DNA of 64,000 nucleotides from an uncultured virus (IMG/VR IMGVR_UViG_3300008262_000171). Its lineage: Duplodnaviria; Heunggongvirae; Uroviricota; Caudoviricetes. The DNA lies in the IMG/VR virus record IMGVR_UViG_3300008262_000171; one strand, 5' to 3'. The position numbers and the translations under genes were made by a program. This document shows positions 58,086 through 64,000 of the stretch, one piece after another. Position 1 is the first letter of the stretch. Every line of letters begins with the position of its first letter. Under the pieces are notes generated by a model that made no database searches, was not told the DNA's origin, and saw only the letters and a list, made by a program, of their open reading frames with translations.

Positions 58086-60482
58086 ATGTCTGTAAATAAC
58101 GTAACCAAAACTAAAGTAATTGGTGGAAAAATATACGTTCAAGTAGAAAATAAACCACAGTGGTATTTACTTGGACCTGATAATTATACGGCAACGTTTG
58201 TAGAAAATTATGATGTAGTTAAAGAAATAGAATCAAAAGGTCAGATACCAAACATACCAACACAAAAAAAGGTTTCAATTCCTGCTGGAGTAAATGTAAC
58301 TCAAGGACCAGTATCACCACCCAGAAAACCAAGACCAGGAACAGATCTTGCTGGAAATACATTTACTGGACTTGATCTTGAAGGAAAACCAACAACTATA
58401 AAAGTAAGTTCTGATGGATCTGCATATATTGCAATCAATGAACAAACTAATGAAAGAATTGTTGGTGAGATGAGTGCCGACATAGCAAATCGTATTAGAC
58501 GAAAAATTGCTAGTAGTCCAAATGCACGAACGTATTCAGAGCAACCATCAGTATTTGTCCCAGATACTCCAATTCAACCAGATCCTGTATGGGCAAATGT
58601 TTCGGACGAAACAATTGATAGAATTGCAAAGGGTAATAATGATGTAGTTGCACAATTAAATGAGCAAGGTAGTGATACCTGGACTCCAGAGCAGCAAGAA
58701 CTGTTTAAATCAACTCAAAATATTCTTGATTCAATTGACAAAGAAAAAGCAAAGAGAAAATCTGCAGCATGTAAAACATTACAAACTGACAAGGGAGTTG
58801 GATATGTAGATCCTCCCAAGTGTGAAGAATATATCAATTCAACAGCATTCCAAGAAGCTCTACAAACGTATCAAAAGGAAAGAGTTCAACCAGATCCTTG
58901 CGGAACATCAGAACTTGCTGGAATCAATACCGCACTACTCAGTTTCTTCAAAACTCTCAAGAAGATTAAAAAGTACGGTCAACTATATGTTAATGGAACA
59001 ATCAATAAAATTGGTCAGATCAGTAGTTTGATTCGTAACACTGGAAGTATTATTGCTGCTATTCTTAAAATTCTTATTCAGAGATTGAGAAACTATCTAA
59101 TCGGAAAAATCAGAGCAGGTATACAAGATCTCCTCGATATTCTTATACCAACAGTTGCCAAGGCAATTAAGAATACTATCGTACAAAAAGTCGTCGATAC
59201 AATTTTTTGTAAGTTCAAAGATATTGTCAAGGGATTGGCACAAATGGTCGGTGATTTCTTATTTGAACTCATTGGTAAAGTTGTTAATATTCCTTTTTGT
59301 GCTGCAGAACAGTGGACAAATTCTCTAATCAATAAGTTAGCATCAGATATTGATAAGGCAATCGGTCCTATACTTGATCAAATCAATGATGTACTAGGTG
59401 GTGTTGGTAAAATTGCAGGATCAGTCTTCCAGGCACTTGATTTTATTCTTGGATTTGAATCATTCTTGTGTGCAAAGCCAAACTGTCCGCAGGTTAAAAG
59501 TTTCATAGGTAATCCTCTGAAGGACGGTCCAAATCAACAGGATATTGACAATTTTAATAACTTCTTACCAATTCCATCCGATTCTCAAATCATTGAAGGT
59601 GCAACTGGATGGACAAAAGATCTACCAATTTTTGGTGGAACACTAGGGCAATATGATGGCACAATTCCAGATAGCATCACTCAATGTGATACGGCACCAT
59701 TTAGATGTGGTCCTCCATCAGTTGAAATCTTTGGTGGTGGTGGATCTGGTGCGATTGGTAATGCCGTAGTAGATCGAATTGGTAGAATTGTTGGAGTTGA
59801 TCTGGTCTTTGGTGGATCTAATTATAGCAGTCCTCCTTTTGTCACGATATTAGATCCCTGTGAGAATGGAAATTACGCTTCGGCATATGCAGAAATTAAT
59901 GATGATGGAGAAGTTACTAACATTGTAGTTGTAAATTCAGGTGCTGGATATGTAAGTCAACCAACAGGATTGAATGAATTTGATGAACCAATAGATCCTG
60001 ATCCAACCAGAACAAGAGTTAATGATTACAACGTCTGTTTATCTGGATTTAAAATTCTTTCAACAGGTATTGGATATAAACCAACTGATACTGTTAAGAT
60101 CACTCCCAATCTTGAAGGTCTTAAGGCAGTTGTTAAAATGACAGAATCTGGACAAATTATTGACATACAACTTTCAAACAGAATTTGTGGTATTACGGAC
60201 ATCCCTGAAATAGAAATAAATAGTGATGCTGGTGCTGGAGTCGAGATTAAACCTGTGTTTGAAATTATTAGAGTCAATCCACTCCCTGGTGATGGTACAC
60301 AACAAGTAGATCCTAATGCAACTCCAAATATTTCTATCGACTCAGGAAGTAGAAGGGTTCTAGATCCAACGACACGTCGAGATGCTACTGTTAAAAGTAG
60401 AGTTGCCACAGATGATGAACTTGGAGCAACAACTCAAACTGGGCAGAGAAACATCATCAGAGTTATTGATTGCGTGAGGTAA
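58086..60482 (+). CDS. gp5-related baseplate/hub protein
   Basis: 798 aa; helical middle region; CGPPSVEIFGGGGSGA, GSNY..PP.V...D.C.NG, VIDCV. Confidence 0.65.
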   Translation: MSVNNVTKTKVIGGKIYVQVENKPQWYLLGPDNYTATFVENYDVVKEIESKGQIPNIPTQKKVSIPAGVNVTQGPVSPPRKPRPGTDLAGNTFTGLDLEGKPTTIKVSSDGSAYIAINEQTNERIVGEMSADIANRIRRKIASSPNARTYSEQPSVFVPDTPIQPDPVWANVSDETIDRIAKGNNDVVAQLNEQGSDTWTPEQQELFKSTQNILDSIDKEKAKRKSAACKTLQTDKGVGYVDPPKCEEYINSTAFQEALQTYQKERVQPDPCGTSELAGINTALLSFFKTLKKIKKYGQLYVNGTINKIGQISSLIRNTGSIIAAILKILIQRLRNYLIGKIRAGIQDLLDILIPTVAKAIKNTIVQKVVDTIFCKFKDIVKGLAQMVGDFLFELIGKVVNIPFCAAEQWTNSLINKLASDIDKAIGPILDQINDVLGGVGKIAGSVFQALDFILGFESFLCAKPNCPQVKSFIGNPLKDGPNQQDIDNFNNFLPIPSDSQIIEGATGWTKDLPIFGGTLGQYDGTIPDSITQCDTAPFRCGPPSVEIFGGGGSGAIGNAVVDRIGRIVGVDLVFGGSNYSSPPFVTILDPCENGNYASAYAEINDDGEVTNIVVVNSGAGYVSQPTGLNEFDEPIDPDPTRTRVNDYNVCLSGFKILSTGIGYKPTDTVKITPNLEGLKAVVKMTESGQIIDIQLSNRICGITDIPEIEINSDAGAGVEIKPVFEIIRVNPLPGDGTQQVDPNATPNISIDSGSRRVLDPTTRRDATVKSRVATDDELGATTQTGQRNIIRVIDCVR

Positions 60483-60485
60483 AAT

Positions 60486-61073
60486 ATGTCAAAACCAGAA
60501 TGGTTACTTAGTGATAACCCATACGGAAAAGTATTCTTTGGTCCAGGAGCAGAGAAGAAAAAAGATCCAGGACTTCAATACACTGTTTCATTAACAAATG
60601 GGTATAATCAAACTCATACCAAGGATGGAAACAAGGGTGAAATAGTTCGTGGAACTTCTCATGAGATCATCAAAGGACAAAAACCTGGAGATGATCGAAA
60701 ACAAAAAGAAAAAGAGAACGTAACCAAATCAATTATTGTTGAGGAAGGTGATATCTCAATTATTGCCGAGAATGGAAATATTAAGTTAAAAGCAAAGAAT
60801 ATTTTCATTGAGACCATTGGAGATGGCAATGATGGTTCATTTATGGTAAAAGCAAACGAAGCAATTACCATGACTGCTGGAGAGCAAATGACTTTGGGTG
60901 GTGCAAAAATCTGCATGTCAACTCCAGATTCAATCACTTTCAATGCCGATGGTATTATTTACATGTTATGTAAGGATATAAGTAAAGGATCACCACTTGC
61001 TGGTGTTTTAGGAAATTTTATTCCAGGTCCAGTTAAGGATCTAATTGATGGAATCGCACTTAGTTGCAAATAA
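60486..61073 (+). CDS. gp5 C-terminal-like spike protein
   Basis: GDISIIAENGNIKLKAKNIFIE beta-helix-like repeats. Confidence 0.6.
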   Translation: MSKPEWLLSDNPYGKVFFGPGAEKKKDPGLQYTVSLTNGYNQTHTKDGNKGEIVRGTSHEIIKGQKPGDDRKQKEKENVTKSIIVEEGDISIIAENGNIKLKAKNIFIETIGDGNDGSFMVKANEAITMTAGEQMTLGGAKICMSTPDSITFNADGIIYMLCKDISKGSPLAGVLGNFIPGPVKDLIDGIALSCK

Positions 61074-61082
61074 GGAGAATTT

Positions 61083-61877
61083 ATGGCTTTTGATACTCTA
61101 GATGTTGGTACATTAGATGTTTTTAATCCTCTAGTTGGTGGAGCACTTGTAATTCCAAAAGGATTTTGGGAACCTGGAACTGCATCAATTCATAAATTGC
61201 ACTGTGGTCAAGGTGCAATGGCAACTCCTTTTGCTGCTTCATTGGTAGTCGGTCCTTCAGCAACTTCACCATTATCAATTAATACGATTGGACTTGAACA
61301 ACTAACTGGTATTAGAAATTGTTTTGGATCTGACATCAAAATTGGATCAAACATTTCTCTTGGAGCATTAGACATATCTTATAATGGTGTTAATTCTGAA
61401 CTTAATGGAATTAAAGCTGCCGCAGTTCCTGAGTGGAGTACAGTTGCTCCAAAATTTGATGCAAACGCATTCACAATGGATTTAAAATCACCTGCAGGAA
61501 AACTTAAAGGTGCATGGCTTTACAACGGATCTACTATTTGTGCTCCGTGCCCATCAGATCAAAGATCAAAAACCAACGTTGTTAATTTAGAAAATTCTCT
61601 TGAAAAAGTATTAAGTTTAAGAGGAGTTTCTTTTAGTTGGAATCCTGATGTCGTACCTGGTAGAGCAAAAAAACAAGATATTGCAATTGGACTTATTGCT
61701 CAAGAAGTTGAAAAAGTTATTCCAGAAGTTGTTGTTAGAGAAAAAATAGAAAATGAAGATTTAAAAACTGTTGAATATGGAAATTTAACAGCTGTTTTAA
61801 TTGAAGCAATTAAAGAACAACAACAACAAATTGAAGAACTAAAGCAAAGAATAACAGACCTAGAAGGAAATAAATAA
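61083..61877 (+). CDS. Spike/fibre protein with C-terminal S74 chaperone
   Basis: PSDQRSKTNV...LRGVSFSW...GLIAQEVEKVIPEVV...VEYGNLTAVLIEAIKE. Confidence 0.8.
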   Translation: MAFDTLDVGTLDVFNPLVGGALVIPKGFWEPGTASIHKLHCGQGAMATPFAASLVVGPSATSPLSINTIGLEQLTGIRNCFGSDIKIGSNISLGALDISYNGVNSELNGIKAAAVPEWSTVAPKFDANAFTMDLKSPAGKLKGAWLYNGSTICAPCPSDQRSKTNVVNLENSLEKVLSLRGVSFSWNPDVVPGRAKKQDIAIGLIAQEVEKVIPEVVVREKIENEDLKTVEYGNLTAVLIEAIKEQQQQIEELKQRITDLEGNK

Positions 61878-61901
61878 AAATTATTACGATGATTCAATTA
61901 A

Positions 61902-62837
61902 ATGGATGAAAATTTAAGAAATAATGCTCTTAAAGTTTTTGAGAATGAGCAAAATCAATTAAACGGTGTCTTTGATAAACAATCTGATGTTACGGCACCA
62001 ACAAAGATGATGAAAGTGAACATCATTCAAAATGCTAATGGAACTTGGTCAAAAGAAGAAGTAGAAGAAGATAGTGGTTTATATGATGAGAGTGTAGTTG
62101 GAAAAGTTGAACAGCAAATTGAGGATGATGTCAAAACTCTTCAACAGTTTTGTGCAATTCCTGATAATACAATTATATCATTCAATGCACAGATTAATGA
62201 ATTAAAATCTCAAATTGCAACGTTATCTGCACAAGCAACTAGTGGAAACTGCTGGCCTGGAGTTGCTTGCAGCACCACATTGCCTGGTAATACAATATGT
62301 TCGGGAGTAACTACAGATCTTGCCACTTATACCGTAATCAATCAAGATAGAGATGCATTAAAGATATTTCAAAGTATGTCTGGACCAAATCAAAATTTTG
62401 CCGCAGAAGATCCCTTTGATCCGGATGATACTGTAACACTATCAACATCTTATGCTGGATATGGTTATGAAAATGTAAAGCAAGATGATGGTGGATCATT
62501 AGTTACAAGTCAAGGAAGATTTGATGTGTCTGGAATAACGACAGATCACAGTGCCAGACGTATTTCAACTGTCCCTAATGTTTACTATACTGGAGCAACA
62601 GTACCTGGTGCAACTTGTGTATCAATTGCCAATTCAATTACAGCACTTCAAGCACAAATTGTATCTTTAAGAGCACAACGAGATGCTGCAGTAAATAGAA
62701 CGAATTTAAATGCCGTAAAAAATACAAAAAAAGAGAAAGAACTTCAAAATTGGGGATGTAAAAATTTAAGAGAAAGAGTTACCGCAAGAAAAACTAAAAA
62801 TACATCGGCAATTGCTGCAGTTCAAAGTTTTTCCTAA
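61902..62837 (+). CDS. Hypothetical virion protein
   Basis: 311 aa ORF with TAAATA upstream. Confidence 0.6.
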   Translation: MDENLRNNALKVFENEQNQLNGVFDKQSDVTAPTKMMKVNIIQNANGTWSKEEVEEDSGLYDESVVGKVEQQIEDDVKTLQQFCAIPDNTIISFNAQINELKSQIATLSAQATSGNCWPGVACSTTLPGNTICSGVTTDLATYTVINQDRDALKIFQSMSGPNQNFAAEDPFDPDDTVTLSTSYAGYGYENVKQDDGGSLVTSQGRFDVSGITTDHSARRISTVPNVYYTGATVPGATCVSIANSITALQAQIVSLRAQRDAAVNRTNLNAVKNTKKEKELQNWGCKNLRERVTARKTKNTSAIAAVQSFS

Positions 62838-62844
62838 GACCCCC

Positions 62845-62873
62845 TTGACACCAGGACCAAGACCCCCTATAAT
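62845..62873 (+). promoter_or_regulatory. Consensus sigma70 promoter
   Basis: TTGACA (62845-50), 17 nt, TATAAT (62868-73). Confidence 0.85.
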
Positions 62874-62887
62874 ATGGGGGTAATCAA

Positions 62888-63085
62888 ATGAATCACCCAA
62901 TGCCCACCGAAGAAATCCTGAGTCGTTGTGTTGTCGATACTTTGGCACGTAAGTTCTATTTGTATTCGAGTGAAGGTAACGAACGAGTTGTGGAGTGTGA
63001 GACCGTAGATCAATTCATGAATGTACTAGAAGTTGTTCGTGATCAAGTCAGTGATGATTGTCTTGCATATTCCAATCCTCTCTGA
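62888..63085 (+). CDS. Hypothetical cyanophage protein
   Basis: LSRCVVDTLARKFYLYSSEG...CETVDQFMNVL. Confidence 0.7.
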   Translation: MNHPMPTEEILSRCVVDTLARKFYLYSSEGNERVVECETVDQFMNVLEVVRDQVSDDCLAYSNPL

Positions 63086-63101
63086 TTTATAAATATCCAA
63101 A

Positions 63102-63272
63102 ATGGAAATTTTTACCGTGGAAGAATTTCAAGAACGATGGGATGAATTAATCAAAAGAGTTGAGAATGGAGAGACGTTAGGAATTGTGGATGAAGAAGGT
63201 AGAGCTGCTGTGATGATACCTGCGGATGATGACTTTGTGCGAATACACACTGAGCACGACGAAGCACCCTGA
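63102..63272 (+). CDS. Phd/YefM antitoxin-like small protein (56 aa)
   Basis: MEIFTVEEFQERWDELIKRVENGETLGIVDEEGRAAVMIP; TATAAATA upstream. Confidence 0.6.
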   Translation: MEIFTVEEFQERWDELIKRVENGETLGIVDEEGRAAVMIPADDDFVRIHTEHDEAP

Positions 63273-63288
63273 TCTTCAGGGTTTTTAT

Positions 63289-63360
63289 GGGAGTGTCGCC
63301 TATGGGTTAAGGCCATCGCCTTATAAGCGGTAGAACTGGGTTCAAGTCCCAGCATTCCCA
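63289..63360 (+). tRNA. tRNA-Ile(UAU)
   Basis: Acceptor GGGAGTG/CATTCCC; anticodon arm ATCGC-CTTATAA-GCGGT; T arm CTGGG-TTCAAGT-CCCAG. Confidence 0.88.
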
Positions 63361-63362
63361 TT

Positions 63363-63398
63363 AGTTAGAACAATCGTATAAATACTATTGTTCTAACT
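63363..63398 (+). promoter_or_regulatory. Hairpin with late promoter TATAAATA in its loop, upstream of HNH
   Basis: AGTTAGAACAAT / ATTGTTCTAACT arms; TATAAATA 63377-84. Confidence 0.75.
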
Positions 63399-63407
63399 TA
63401 TAGTTCA

Positions 63408-63785
63408 ATGATTGGTAAGTGTTTATCTTGTGAAAAAAACTTTAAGTATATGCCGTCACAATCGACAGGTAAATACTGTTCTCGTAAATGTCAGCAAGAC
63501 AACCAAGATCGTGAATATATCACTGAATGGTTGAATGGCACAAAATCTGGTATAATAAGGGGTAATTCACTCTCTGGTTATGTTAGAAGACATTTGCTAG
63601 AAGAAGCAGGATACAAATGCTCTCAATGTAGTTGGGCAGGTGTCAATCCAGTTTCTGGAAATACAACACTAGAAATCGACCACATTGATGGTAATAGGAA
63701 GAATGCTAGTAAAGACAATCTTCGAGTATTATGCCCTAACTGTCATTCATTAACTCCTACTTATCGAGCGTTGAATATAAAATAG
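63408..63785 (+). CDS. HNH homing endonuclease within the tRNA cluster
   Basis: CLSC..KYCSRKC; CSQC; LEIDHIDGNRKN....NLRVLCPNCHS. Confidence 0.9.
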   Translation: MIGKCLSCEKNFKYMPSQSTGKYCSRKCQQDNQDREYITEWLNGTKSGIIRGNSLSGYVRRHLLEEAGYKCSQCSWAGVNPVSGNTTLEIDHIDGNRKNASKDNLRVLCPNCHSLTPTYRALNIK

Positions 63786-63857
63786 CTGGTTTAGCTCTCT
63801 GGCGAAAGCACTGCCCTCATAAGGCAAGACAGGTCGGTTCGATCCCGACAACCAGCA
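63785..63857 (+). tRNA. tRNA with CAU anticodon (elongator Met or Ile2)
   Basis: Acceptor GCTGGTT/AACCAGC; loop CTCATAA; T arm GTCGG-TTCGATC-CCGAC. Confidence 0.85.
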
Positions 63858-63858
63858 C

Positions 63859-63887
63859 TTGACCACTACAACTCTCTGAGTTATAAT
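63859..63887 (+). promoter_or_regulatory. Sigma70 promoter for the downstream tRNA
   Basis: TTGACC, 17 nt, TATAAT. Confidence 0.75.
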
Positions 63888-63899
63888 GGTCCCATACAC

Positions 63900-63983
63900 G
63901 GGGCGGTGACGTAACTGGTAGCCGTATCAGACTTAAAATCTGCTGGGAGTATTCCCGTGGGGGTTCGATTCCCCCTCGCCCTA
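63900..63983 (+). tRNA. tRNA-Leu(UAA)
   Basis: Loop CTTAAAA; long variable arm GGGAGTATTCCC; T arm GGGGG-TTCGATT-CCCCC. Confidence 0.9.
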
Positions 63984-64000
63984 CTGAAAATAAATATAAG

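Overview
This is a 64-kb segment of a T4-like cyanomyovirus. Left to right it contains: the 3' part of psbA; a free-standing HNH/NUMOD3 endonuclease; psbD; small hypothetical genes and a second HNH; about 31 kb of repetitive Thr/Gly-rich tail-fibre/virion genes (LamG and S74 chaperone domains, three paralogous WTxRT-repeat/Gly-rich proteins); and a five-gene glycosyl/methyltransferase cluster. These are followed by a stand-alone candidate sRNA, glutaredoxin, a nitrogen-sensing small-peptide operon, thyX, phoH, an exonuclease, gp33, a GIY-YIG endonuclease, gp59, gp32 and a Mom-like gene. The window ends with the baseplate/tail module (gp53, gp48, gp2, gp4, tube-like, gp26/gp51, tape-measure-like, hub, gp5-like), an orphan Phd-like gene and three tRNAs with an HNH gene between two of them. 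The most striking element is at 40657-41550: an NtcA box, then two tandem glutamine-riboswitch-like aptamers that each carry a small paralogous ORF in the P2 loop with its AUG in the P2 stem, then a DUF4278-like peptide, two more peptides and a terminator. Other highlights are a probable -1 programmed frameshift joining gp26 to gp51, a NUMOD3 insert that appears to have captured the gp4 start, and late promoters enclosed in hairpins upstream of two endonuclease genes. Four abrupt frame breaks (~762, 7740, 8326, ~39704) look like assembly joins or deletions. All family assignments come from motif recognition by eye, not from database searches.
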